From the NCBI RefSeq assembly GCF_001194135.2, contig NC_068989.1:3623263-3687262 (forward strand): a stretch of DNA of 64,000 nucleotides. The letters are read 5' to 3'. Made by a program: the position numbers and the translations under genes. The notes under the pieces were generated by a model that saw nothing but the letters and a program-made list of their open reading frames with translations, did no database searches and had not been told where the DNA came from. Shown piece after piece: positions 51,836 to 64,000 of the stretch (position 1 is its first letter; the number at the start of each line of letters is the position of its first letter). This DNA comes from Octopus bimaculoides. Taxonomy: Eukaryota.

Positions 51836-52438
51836 AGGCAATATATACATACAGATGTACATACATGCTTACATATAAACATATGTATGTGTATATATAT
51901 ACATGCACACACACACACACACNNNNNNNNNNGTGTATATATATACATATATATGTCTATTATGTATGTATATATGTATGTGTATATATATACATATATA
52001 TGTCTATTATGTACATATATGTATATATATATGTATATATATATATGTGTATATATGTATGTATATATATATGTATGCATGTATGTATGTATATATATAT
52101 ATATATATGATGTGATCTGTATCGCATAAAGAACAAATTACGAAACATGTGCTTGTATGTGTGTGTGTTTGTACGTATGCATATATGCATGAATGCACGA
52201 ATGCATATATGTATAATGTATGTGCTTGTATAGATGCATCTCGGGATTAATTATCTTCGCTTATTATTTACATTAATGACACTTTGATTTACTTGTTCTT
52301 CGAAATTATTGATTAACCCGAAATTTGGAAATAAAATGCGATAAATATGAATGTTTAGATATTTGTTTATATATTTCTTCCACTGTTTATCAGTTCTTCC
52401 TGCTTCTTTCTCTCTATCTCTCACAGTCTCGCTCCATC

Positions 52439-52515
<77 letters not shown>

Positions 52516-53922
52516 TTATCTATTTATCTATCTAACAATAGGTGTCGCTTTAGTAGTTGTCAGTGATTACTGTGTGGACCATGTTTCGGTCAGTCTATCA
52601 ATTACAATCACTATAGCAGTTGGCACTTTGGCAAGGTGTAGTGATTCTATGTATGTATGTATGTATGTATGTATGTATGTATGTATGTATGTATGTTATC
52701 AATCAGTTTCATTTCTGTATTTCTTGTCCATAGAGAAAGAGCTAGACTCTAACATAGATTCAAGGCTCCTTCAATGGAACTTTTATCAACATCATCTAGG
52801 TATTTGTGTATATGTGTGTGTGTGTGTGTGCAGTATTTGGTGTTAGTGTATGCGCAGATTTGTATGTTTGTTTTATGGATGCGTTTTTATGTATATATGT
52901 TCACGTCTAGATGCATGCATATGTAGTTATGTACTAAATTTTTGGAAAGTTTTACATATCTTTACAGTTCCATTGATGGCTTGAATCTGTAGTCTTCTAA
53001 TCAGCCTTTTTCTTTCAGGTTTTGAAAACCCTAATGTTTCCAGGTTTTTGTATGTGTGTATGTATGTATGTATGTATGTATGTATGTATGTTGTTTAACC
53101 ACTGGGTAAGTTTCAACTAGTGAAAGCTTACAATTCAAGTGAAACCCGAGAAGAGTTAAAATTTCACTTCAGTAGCAATATATTCACAGCAACTCAAGTT
53201 TCCAGCCAGCTGAAATATTTTTAGTGTTTAGAAAATAAGAGAAGCTATTTTTTCTTCAATCATTCACCGAATATAAAATACTAACAACAATGGCTACCGA
53301 TAGTTTATGAGAAATCTCGATAAACATCTGTATTTTAGAGACCGAGTAAAAAATATCTGTATTTTAGAGACCAAGTAAAGATGTTAGAGGTGAGAAGTCG
53401 GACTGTCAATATTGTTCTTGGTATACAATTATATTTTTATACTCTATCTCTATTTTAAAGCAACATTATTCAATTTACGCTTTCATATACTTTTCATACG
53501 ACTTACATATTCTGGTGCTATCAATTTTTCGGTGGTTATATTTTTGATATTTTCACCTGGCTAGCGGTAAAAGGTCAATGTACAACCGTTACACTTATAA
53601 ACTAATAATAACCTTTCGTTATTTCTCATCAGTCAACTGCAACTCGTAATTATATTCAAGACCTGTATACGTTTTAATTGTATTTTGGGTGGGAAAGCGT
53701 ACAATACACACAGATAGTTAGTGCACAAACTGGACCAGATATCTAAAACCGAACGTCGAGTAAAGAGAGATAGAATCCACGCATGCAACAGTTTGCTTGC
53801 TATTGACAATGTACCGGTTGAGTTAATGGAAATACAACAGAATGAAAGATCGTGTGGCGTTTATGATATCAAAGCATTTATAAAATAATTATACAAAAGC
53901 GAGCATAACAAATATATATAGA

Positions 53923-53958
<36 letters not shown>

Positions 53959-53964
53959 ATCTTC

Positions 53965-54440
53965 TATACTTTATTTTACTTGTTTCAGTCATAAGACTGT
54001 GGCCAAATTGAGGCACAGCCTTCTACATATTTAGTCTGGTGGTACGTATTCAATCGATTTCTTTTACCGACCCAATAAGCCAAGGGAACGTAAACAAACC
54101 AGCAACGGTTGTCAAGCAGTGGTGGGGACCAAAAATACAGACATAAAGACACATACACACATATAACCTGGCATTCCGTCGGTCACGAAGATGAGTGTGC
54201 CAGATGCTACGTCCAACGGAACAACTTGCTCGTGAAACGAACGTGCAAGCCGCTGAGTAGTCCAAAGACTATATATGTGCGTGTATATATATATATATAC
54301 GTCTACTAAATCCACTTACAAGGCTTTGGTCGGCCCGAGGCTACAGTAGAAGATACTTGCCTCAGCTGCAACGCAGCGGGACGGAACCCGGAACCATGTG
54401 GTTGGTAGGCAAGCTTCTTACCACACAGCCACTCCAGCGC
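53965..54440 (-). mobile_element. SINE S1
   Basis: Diagnostic blocks, with an extra internal segment at ~54170-54260. Confidence 0.85.
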
Positions 54441-54464
54441 CTATATGATTATCTTTTATCGTTT

Positions 54465-54855
54465 GCTTACTATCATTTCATTCATTGGACTGCGGCCATT
54501 CTGGGACGCTTTTATATGACGTTTGGTCGAACACAACTACTATAATAGTTGTGTTAGCTTGGCACTTATACTATCGGTCTCATTTGCCGAACCGTTAGAT
54601 TACAGGAACGTAAACAAACCAACATTGGTTGTAATGCAGTGTGGGGTGGTGGTGACAAACACAGATGCATACATATTCACACACACAGCACACACATATA
54701 AATACGACAAGCTTCCATAGTTTCCGTCTATGAAATTCACTGGCAAGGCATTGGGTCATTTCAGGGACCAAAAGAAAACACTTGTTCAAGTGATTGAACG
54801 CGAAACCGCGTGGTTGCAAAGCGAGCTTTTTAACCACCCAGCCATGCTTGCACCT
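54465..54855 (-). mobile_element. SINE S1, directly after the previous copy
   Basis: Diagnostic S1 blocks. Confidence 0.85.
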
Positions 54856-55176
54856 ATATAGAATTAGCAGAACAACATGGAATTATTTAGAATCTTCAGT
54901 ATTATGGCGCAGATTTGTGCAGCGGGTGGAAGATAGAGGGAGATGTTGGTTGAACTGATGCAGTCCTGAGATTCATGGCGTGGGGCTGTATGGGGCGGTG
55001 CAGCACTGAATGGTATTAGTGCAGCGTTATTGTCATCGTGGGTATCTTGCAGCGAAGTGTGCACTGGTGCACAGTGCAGCAGCTACGGCTTGGTGTGAAG
55101 TGGAGGAGAAGCAGAAATGCATTGAACGAAGGAATAACAATGGTTACACATACACACACCCTTACAGACATCCATA

Positions 55177-55234
<58 letters not shown>

Positions 55235-55615
55235 CATATATATATACATAAATTCTCAAATACTGACATGTATATACATCTCTAAAAGAGCAGGAATCCA
55301 TTCATGTACTCACATGTACAAATACATACACACATCTATTCAAATACTGAATATATAATAGGCTTAAAGGAAGCATATACATGTATGCACACGCACATTG
55401 ATATTCACAGGAACATACAGATAAGCGAAGCACATGCCCAAATATATGGTAAGAAAATCACACATTTACACACGGGGTGGTCATGGACGTTTACGCACAT
55501 ACGGGTGCTCACATACGTGCACACGCAGATATATATACACTCATATTATATGAAAGTATACGAATGCATACGTGGATATATACATATTATGTATCTGTGT
55601 GTGTTGTGTGTATGA

Positions 55616-55655
<40 letters not shown>

Positions 55656-56228
55656 NNNNNNNNNNNNNNNNNNNNNNNNNNNNNNNNNNNNNNNNNNNNN
55701 NNNNNNNNNNNNNNNNNNNNNNNNNNNNNNNNNNNNNNNNNNNNNNNNNNNNNNNNNNNNNNNNNNNNNNNNNNNNNNNNNNNNNNNNNNNNNNNNNNNN
55801 NNNNNNNNNNNNNNNNNNNNNNNNNNNNNNNNNNNNNNNNNNNNNNNNNNNNNNNNNNNNNNNNNNNNNNNNNNNNNNNNNNNNNNNNNNNNNNNNNNNN
55901 NNNNNNNNNNNNNNNNNNNNNNNNNNNNNNNNNNNNNNNNNNNNNNNNNNNNNNNNNNNNNNNNNNNNNNNNNNNNNNNNNNNNNNNNNNNNNNNNNNNN
56001 NNNNNNNNNNNNNNNNNNNNNNNNNNNNNNNNNNNNNNNNNNNNNNNNNNNNNNNNNNNNNNNNNNATAGGCGGAGGGGTAGGTAAAGTGGCAAGTGGAT
56101 CGATAGATCGATAAATATGCGGGTAGGTATATAAAAACACGCGCACAGACATCCATCAATCAATCCATGCATACATACATACGCATATATATATATATAT
56201 ATATATACAGACATACACACACACACAC

Positions 56229-56271
<43 letters not shown>

Positions 56272-56438
56272 GATATGTCACCGCCAGATGCATATATATT
56301 GGCAGCGTTAGAGAAAGAGGGAGAGAGAAACAGAGTGTCGACAGAAAGACAAGCAGGATTGAGTGAAAGAGAGAGACAGAGAGAGAGGTAGATAGGTAGA
56401 TAGGTAGATAGATGTACAGAGAGATGTGGAGAGATGTG

Positions 56439-56469
<31 letters not shown>

Positions 56470-56934
56470 GGAAACGGAGAGAGAGAGAGAGAAAGAGAGA
56501 GATACTAAAGTAGAGACTGAGACAGGCCAGGAGACGGAGAAATGGAGAGAAAGACAGAGATAGAGGTATACAGATAGAAAGGTAGACAGAAACGTACCAT
56601 AAATTATAGACAAAAGTGCCTGATTGAATAAACATGTGACAAAATGTGTTCCCGCCGTGACCAACACACCTTTTCATAGACACAGTACTCCTTGGATTAC
56701 GTTAAGCAACAAAGTAACCTTTCTTAAGAAGTGAACGTAGGTTTCGAGGGACATTTTGCTGCTATTTCTAGCAAACTGTGTTATCATCCAGAGGCGCTTC
56801 CATAATCTTGTTTTAGAGATGTATAATGTCGGATATAGAGGCAGATACGAGATACGGAGATAAAGCCATAGATGTGTATAGAGGCGAGTGGAGGAAATGG
56901 GGTAGGGGGTTGTAGCTTGTTTGGAATATTATAT

Positions 56935-57179
56935 ATTCGTTTGTTCTTATATTCTTTCACTTGTTTCATTCATTTGACTGCGGCTATTCTGGAGCACCGC
57001 CTTGAAGAGTCTTTAGTCGAGCAAATCGACTCAACGACTCATTTCTTAAGCTTAACATTTATTCTATCGGTCCCTTTTACCGAACTGCTAGATAACGGGG
57101 ACGTAAACACACCAACACCGGTTGTCAAGTGGTGATGTGGGCGGGGGAGAAACACAGATGCACACACATAGATACACAG

Positions 57180-57218
<39 letters not shown>

Positions 57219-57335
57219 TACAACGGGCTTCTTTCAGTTTCCGTCTACCAAATCCACTCACAAGGCTTGGTCGGCCCGAGGCTATAGTAGAAGACACTTG
57301 CCCAAGATGCCACGCAGTGGGACTGAATCCAGAAC
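56935..57335 (-). mobile_element. SINE S1, near full length, head cut by a gap
   Basis: Diagnostic S1 blocks. Confidence 0.9.
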
Positions 57336-57346
57336 CNNNNNNNNNN

Positions 57347-57381
<35 letters not shown>

Positions 57382-57778
57382 TGCATATGTATATGTATGT
57401 ATGTATGTATATGTATGTTTGTATTTGAACGTGTATTCATATATACAAATATGGCTATGTTTGTATAAATGTAAATATGTATATTTGTGTATAGATACAT
57501 ACACGTACATATGAATATTGTTTTATCTTTCCCTGTGACATGTTTCTCAAATCCATCAAACGATATTCGTGCACAAAATGGTTGTAAGTACGCAATAGCA
57601 AGAAATTTTATTAAAATGTATGGAAATGAAATTCTAAAACAATAAGAAGCGTATTTATTTAAAGAATTTCAATATTAAAAGAACTTTTGAACCTTGTATG
57701 TGTGTACATATCAATCTTTCATTCATTCTCTTAGTCAATCAATCAATCACTCACTCACTCAATCAGTCACTCTACCTG

Positions 57779-57842
<64 letters not shown>

Positions 57843-57843
57843 C

Positions 57844-57891
<48 letters not shown>

Positions 57892-57902
57892 TTATCTATC
57901 TA

Positions 57903-57934
<32 letters not shown>

Positions 57935-57997
57935 CGCACACAGATAAACACACATACACACACAAACACACACGCACTATAACACATAAACACACAG

Positions 57998-58150
57998 ATA
58001 TGGTTGTGTGGTTAAGAAGTTCGTTTAGCAATCGTACGGTTTGTGGTTCAGTTCCACGGCGAAGCAACATGGACAAATGTCGATACACGTTTCCTTCTAT
58101 TTTCAAGAATATAAGAGGCGATTATGAATGAAATTTGACTGCTATTTTTG
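57998..58150 (+). mobile_element. SINE S1-type head, diverged
   Basis: atggttgtgtggttaagaagttcg...ggttcagttccacggcg...catggacaaatgtc. Confidence 0.65.
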
Positions 58151-58643
58151 GCAGCTCAAGCGAGGAAGTAGATACTACTTTGTTGGCCACACAATGTCGT
58201 TTCGCATAAGAAGCTATACACAAAGATTTCGGAAAAAAGGTCACGATTTTAGACGAGGTCAAAACTTAGCGATAACGGCTAAACTTGACTGAACATAAAT
58301 AATATTGACTTAATAGGGCGGAAAAAATCCCATTTTGTGTGTGTCTGTGTGTGTATGTATATGAACTGGCTGACACACAGAGGTGAGTATTGGTTAAGTG
58401 AACGCACAGATGAAATTATGTATGCATATTCAGTGGCAATAGGTGGAACGAAATACGAAACTATTGTTCTTTTCAAGAAACTACTTAAATCCTTTGAACG
58501 GAATTGTTTGAATGTCAAACAATGTATTAGCAGTGATTTAATGCTCTTTGTTAAATGCTATGCACACACACACACACGCACAGACACAGGCACAGACACA
58601 CATATTTCAATATATATAAGTAAATAAGTATATATAAGTAAAT

Positions 58644-58700
<57 letters not shown>

Positions 58701-58959
58701 NNNNNNNNNNNNNNNNNNNNNNNNNNNNNNNNNNNNNNNNNNNNNNNNNNNNNNNNNNNNNNNNNNNNNNNNNNNNNNNNNNNNNNNNNNNNNNNNNNNN
58801 NNNNNNNNNNNNNNNNNNNNNNNNNNNNNNNNNNNNNNNNNNNNNNNNNNNNNNNNNNNNNNNNNNNNNNNNNNNNNNNNNNNNNNNNNNNNNNNNNNNN
58901 NNNNNNNNNNNNNNNNNNNNNNNNNNNNNNNATATATATATATATATATATATAAAGAG

Positions 58960-59232
58960 ATGGTTTGTTGCCAACTTGATGTGGCAGTCCCAGTAAAGGG
59001 AGAAATACTACTGCTATACAGCCTCAAGAAACACCATTTCCAGTTGGCTATGTGATACAAGCGTACCTAAATGCCCTCTCCAATTCTTTCTCTTTGATTC
59101 ACAGGTCTACACTTAGAGAGGTATCATCCACTCTTGCCATTTTCGCAACATTCACCCATCTTTCAATAAACTCACTCGAGGACAACTCTTCCCTCTCCAC
59201 TCTCAATTATCACTTTAAGTTCAACTTGAAAA
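58960..59232 (-). mobile_element. L1/Tx1 3' remnant
   Basis: VEREELSSSEFIERWVNVAKMARVDDTSLSVDL* parallels the 5.3 kb copy. Confidence 0.85.
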
Positions 59233-59236
59233 AATC

Positions 59237-59292
<56 letters not shown>

Positions 59293-59311
59293 TATTAATG
59301 ATAATAATAAC

Positions 59312-59681
59312 GCATGTCTGACAATCGACATAGCATGTCCTGATGACAACAAGATAGAAGAGAAAGAAAAAAAAACTGAACAATCATGTATGATTTGAAA
59401 TGGGAAATACGCTGAATGTGAGCAATGAAGAAAGTGGACGAGACACCAATAGTAATTGGCGCGTTTGGAAGTATCAGCGCTCAACTACGAACATCGCTCA
59501 AAAAGATTGGTACAAATGTAAAGGTAGAACACCTACAGAAATCTTCCTTTCTTGGAACTGCAAGAATTCTTCGCAGGGTTCTTGAAGCATGACCAGTAAA
59601 CAAGCGTCACCTTAGTCTGCTGGCTGTGGGCACCTGACACTTTCCATCATACACAGCAAAATAAGCTGACAGTTTTCATGA

Positions 59682-59683
<2 letters not shown>
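59312..59683 (+). mobile_element. R4/Dong 3' fragment, subfamily B, with (AAT)n on both sides
   Basis: CLTIDIACPDD..IEEKEK, YDLKWEI, PIVIGAFG, LQKSSFLGTARILRRVL. Confidence 0.85.
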
Positions 59684-59735
<52 letters not shown>

Positions 59736-59736
<1 letters not shown>

Positions 59737-59830
59737 GAGACGGAGAAGAAACATCCCTTGTCCTTCGCTCGCCCTAGGACGATGGGTGTGTCTCGGTGAG
59801 TGATTGTAACAAACATGCAGATTAAAAGTA
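59736..59830 (+). mobile_element. R4/Dong subfamily A 3' UTR only
   Basis: ctcgccctaggacgatgggtgtgtctc...gtgattgtaacaaacatgcagattaaaa matches 33670-33733. Confidence 0.85.
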
Positions 59831-59849
59831 ACTAACAACAACAACAATA

Positions 59850-60063
59850 ATATTTTCAAATTTTTCCACAAGGGCAGCCATTTTGGGGGAGTGCATGAAT
59901 CGATTACATCGACCCCAGTGTTCAATTGGTACTTATTTTATCGACCCCGAGAGTATGAAAGGCAAAATCGATCTCGGCGGAATTTGTACTCAGAACGTAG
60001 CGACGGGCGAAATCCCGCTAAGCATTTTGTCCAGCGAGGTAACGATTTTGCCAGCTCGTCGCC

Positions 60064-60065
<2 letters not shown>
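59850..60065 (-). mobile_element. SINE S2, full length
   Basis: Minus-strand head aaggcgacgagctggcaaaatcg...ttctgagtacaaattccgcc; the body matches other copies. Confidence 0.9.
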
Positions 60066-60096
<31 letters not shown>

Positions 60097-60450
60097 NNNN
60101 NNNNNNNNNNNNNNNNNNNNNNNNNNNNNNNNNNNNNNNNNNNNNNNNNNNNNNNNNNNNNNNNNNNNNNNNNNNNNNNNNNNNNNNNNNNNNNNNNNNN
60201 NNNNNNNNNNNNNNNNNNNNNNNNNNNNNNNNNNNNNNNNNNNNNNNNNNNNNNNNNNNNNNNNNNNNNNNNNNNNNNNNNNNNNNNNNNNNNNNNNNNN
60301 NNNNNNNNNNNNNNNNNNNNNNNNNNNNNNNNNNNNNNNNNNNNNNNNNNNNNNNNNNNNNNNNNNNNNNNNNNNNNNNNNNNNNNNNNNNNNNNNNNNN
60401 NNNNNNNNNNNNNNNNNNNNNNNNNNNNNNNNNNNNNNNNNNNNNNNNNN

Positions 60451-60521
<71 letters not shown>

Positions 60522-60761
60522 GAAACAATAGTTTTTCAAGTTCTATTACACTATATTTTTTTGTTGGCAAAATGACAAATTCATAACTGCTCAATTTGTA
60601 TGTATGTGTACGTATGTATATTTGTGTGTATGTATGTGTGTGTGTGTGTGTGTGTCACTATGTATGGTGTGTCTGTGTGCGTGTGATCATATGCATTATT
60701 CAGGATATAGACGATGGTTTGTTCTATTTTCAGATGTTTATATAGAAATAAGTTGACGTGC

Positions 60762-61460
60762 ATGACGTCTCTGATTTCCAAAGAGGCCAAATAGTTGGAA
60801 CGCAGATGACCGGAGATTCAGTCACTCAAACCGTTGAATTGTTTTATGTTTCGAGAGGTACAGTCTCTAAAATCTTGTTGGCATTTCAAAACCCAAGGTA
60901 AAACCAGCTCTGGCAATCATAATTCTTGACAGGAGGTAAAACTCAGAGGGGAAGAGCAAAGAATGGTAAGACGAATCGTATTTAAAACCACCAATCTATT
61001 ATCCCAAACGTTACGTCATGAGCTTCATAAAGCTGGATAACATTGGGGGTAGGTTAGGGGTGAGGGCTTCATTAGCGAAACCTCTTCTGCCCCGCCATCA
61101 ACATTAATAAGCGAAAACAAAATGGTGTCTAGACCATCAAATGGTCAGTGACTTAACGGAACAATGTCATCTTCCCTGGTGGATCCTCATTCCCTCTCTT
61201 TTCCACTTCATTGAAAGTTTATGTCAAAAGACAGCTGAAAGGACTCTTCAAGCCTGACTGTTTGGAGGTGGGTCTGTGAGGATTTTGGCAGACCTATAAC
61301 GAGATTTTCTTGGCCCCTTTAGAAAGTGAACGCCAGGGATTATGTGAAAATTTTGTTTGATCATCTCAGCCCTATGATACAAACGTTGTTTCCTGGTGTT
61401 GGTGCAATCTTCCAGGATGACAATACGCCATTTCACATAGCTAATGTTATTGAAAATATG
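60762..61460 (+). mobile_element. Tc1-family transposase remnant
   Basis: DVSDFQRGQIVG...VSRGTVSKI (paired-like HTH), VIF..GSSF (first Asp lost), FQDDNTPFHIA; truncated before the catalytic Glu; no TIR recognised. Confidence 0.9.
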
Positions 61461-62784
61461 TAAGGGAAGAAAAAGTGAAACAGGCCTATGACGTAGTGAT
61501 AATCTGGAAAGCTGAGGTTTTCAGAAAAAGAAATCATCCAGCTGATAAGCAAATTACAAACATAAGCGGAACGGTAAAAGTATGCAAAACATTTCTTAAG
61601 TTCAAAATGTGACNNNNNNNNNNNNNNNNNNNNNNNNNNNNNNNNNNNNNNNNNNNNNNNNNNNNNNNNNNNNNNNNNNNNNNNNNNNNNNNNNNNNNNN
61701 NNNNNNNNNNNNNNNNNNNNNNNNNNNNNNNNNNNNNNNNNNNNNNNNNNNNNNNNNNNNNNNNNNNNNNNNNNNNNNNNNNNNNNNNNNNNNNNNNNNN
61801 NNNNNNNNNNNNNNNNNNNNNNNNNNNNNNNNNNNNNNNNNNNNNNNNNNNNNNNNNNNNNNNNNNNNNNNNATATTGGTGCACTTTGTTATGTTAATAA
61901 AATTAGAAGTGATAATCTAGAGAAGCTCCAAGGAACAAAGAAATAGACCGATCAACACGCATTTCACAGATACAATCTGCAAGACTTTTCACAAATTCTA
62001 AATTGACATTCTTCTTGTTATCTACGTTCCAAAGATGGAGTTTTGTATCTTTGTTACAAACCAGCTCCTTCTATACAAGAAGACTTCAAATAATTCAAAA
62101 TAGAAGAGAAGATACTTACCTACATACATATTTACATACTTAGATATATGCATATATGTGTGCGTGTGTGTGGTGCACACATACACCCGCATTCTCTCTC
62201 CCCACCCTGTCTCGCACACACACACACACACACACAAATCTTGGTTCATTTTCTTTTCATCTGCACATGAAACCACTTTCTTTATTCCTGTCGCTTTCGG
62301 GTCATTTCAGAAATGGTGCTGATCTTAGACAAAAACCTGTTATAATTATTGTTCGTTTCTCTCTTTTCTTTCTTCTTTTTTTTTTGTTTTCCACTCTTTT
62401 CTTTCCGTTTTTTCCCCCTTTTCTCTTCTCTTTCGTTCTTGCTTTCCATTCGAGAAATTTCCATTTCTCTCAGCGCTAACCTAATGACAATAGAGAGAGA
62501 ACCGTGAAAGAAAGGAAGCGAACGAAGGTCAAAATGAAGACGTAAAAAAAATAATTAAAGAGGAAATGAGATATGAAGAAAAGACGGGAGAGAGTGAAGA
62601 AAGAAATAATTGAAGGAAGTGAAGGAAAAACTCCAAATAAAAGAGTGAAAGATAAATTGTGAATAAATTCACACAGAGTGAATGAGTGAGAAGGACGGAA
62701 TATAAAAGATGACACATGAAGTGAACAGTGAGATCTGTACAGATGTATACAGGTGCATGTGTGTTTGCGTGTCTTTATTCTTTT

Positions 62785-63430
62785 CTATTCTAGGTACAAG
62801 GCCTGAGATTTTTGGGGTGAGGGCCAACCGATTAGGTCGACCCCAGTACGTAACCGATACTTAATCGCCCCCGAAAGGATGAAAGACAAACAAACAAAAC
62901 AAACGATAGGATGAACGCCAAACTTAAGAGGAACTGCTGGGATTGGTTTCTTCGACTAAAAGCATTCTAGGCTGTCACAGCATGGCCGCAGTCCAATGAC
63001 TGAAACAAGTATAAGATAAAAGATGGAACAATGGAAGGCAGAGTTGAACTAGAGGTGATTTGAACTCAGATTGCTAAAGACAATCTGATATGGCATTTTG
63101 TCCGACGTGCTGATAATTGATCAAATTTCCCGTCCTCAGTAGCCTTGAGTGAAGATGAAAGAATGATGAATGAAATAAACTTTAGAATGAAAAGACTTGA
63201 AGAATAAGCGAATGTTCCTGACATACGCATGAGACCAGAAATTTTAATGAAGGGATTACTCTAATATATCGACCCCAGTACATGTCTGGTATTTTACTTT
63301 ATTGACCCCGAAAGGTTGAAAGGCAAAGGCGAACTCGGTGTGATTCGAATTCAGAATGTAACGGTCCAGGAGTAAAGTACCGTGTGGCATTTTGTCTGAC
63401 GCTTTAACGGATGTACCAGTACCCGGCTGA
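62785..63430. mobile_element. SINE cluster: S2 (-) 62785-62885, S1 tail (+) 62890-63020, S2 (-) 63020-63130, S2 (-) 63255-63430
   Basis: ggtacaaggcctgagatttt...gtcgaccccagtac; cagcatggccgcagtcc; gaccccgaaaggttgaaaggcaaaggcgaactcgg. Confidence 0.8.
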
Positions 63431-63439
63431 ATAACGAGA

Positions 63440-63721
63440 ACAAAAGAATGACAGAATAAAGAATGGAGAATGAAGAAGTAGAATTATGAATGAAAGAGGA
63501 ATGAAGACTAAATGATAATAAGCAGAAGTAATTGAGGACAAACGCAGAAATATATAGAAAGTCTGGAATGGTTTGATCGATCGAAGAACTTGCTTTAGAG
63601 GCAGGACTTGTATGGTAGAGGTGGGAGGAGGATAAGAGAAAAGATTGGAGAAGAGAAAGCGAGTGAGAGAGATATAGAGAGAGGGAGGGAGGTGATGAAA
63701 GTAAAAATGAGTGAGAAAATG

Positions 63722-63769
<48 letters not shown>

Positions 63770-63779
63770 NNNNNNNNNN

Positions 63780-63818
<39 letters not shown>

Positions 63819-64000
63819 AGAAAAAGAGATGGGAGGGAAGTGTGAAAGTGAAAGTGAAAGTAAAAAATTGAGTGTGGAAGATTCAGAAAATAGAAAACAG
63901 AGAGAAAGATAGAGAGAGAGAGAGAGAGGGGGGAGGGAGGGAGAAGAGGGAGAGAGAGGGAGAAAGAGGAAGAAAGAGAGCGAGAGTGATGTAGATGGAT
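63440..64000. repeat. polypurine (GA)-rich tract
   Basis: Seen directly; a similar tract lies at 62480-62720. Confidence 0.9.

Noticed and set aside
53138-53217. ~78-nt minus-strand segment with good splice sites
   Set aside because: Stops in all three frames.

Overview
This is a 64 kb AT-rich eukaryotic window, crowded with microsatellites and broken by about 24 assembly gaps (~5.8 kb of N). The repeat content (tRNA-headed SINEs, Tx1/L1, R4/Dong, RTE, Penelope-like and Tc1 remnants) and the assembly style suggest a coleoid cephalopod, most likely Octopus; this is inferred, not proven. No intact long CDS is present. Almost every ORF in the supplied track is a microsatellite, low-complexity or N-gap artefact, and the real protein-coding signal comes from decayed transposons. 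Best leads: (1) a foldback element at 48.8-49.4 kb, with two inverted Penelope-type minimal hammerhead motifs around a tRNA-like core, possibly a Penelope-mobilised SINE; (2) a Penelope RT fragment ending in a 90-bp hairpin with a hammerhead-like core, plus further hammerhead vestiges; (3) a candidate minus-strand gene built from very short, phase-compatible exons (18.2-42.2 kb), including an 18-nt microexon with near-perfect splice sites; (4) two (AAT)n 'landing pads' with the same Dong-plus-SINE stacking; (5) paired direct and inverted local duplications at 2-6 kb. All gene models were read by eye and need transcript evidence. Repeat coordinates are approximate to about 10-30 bp.
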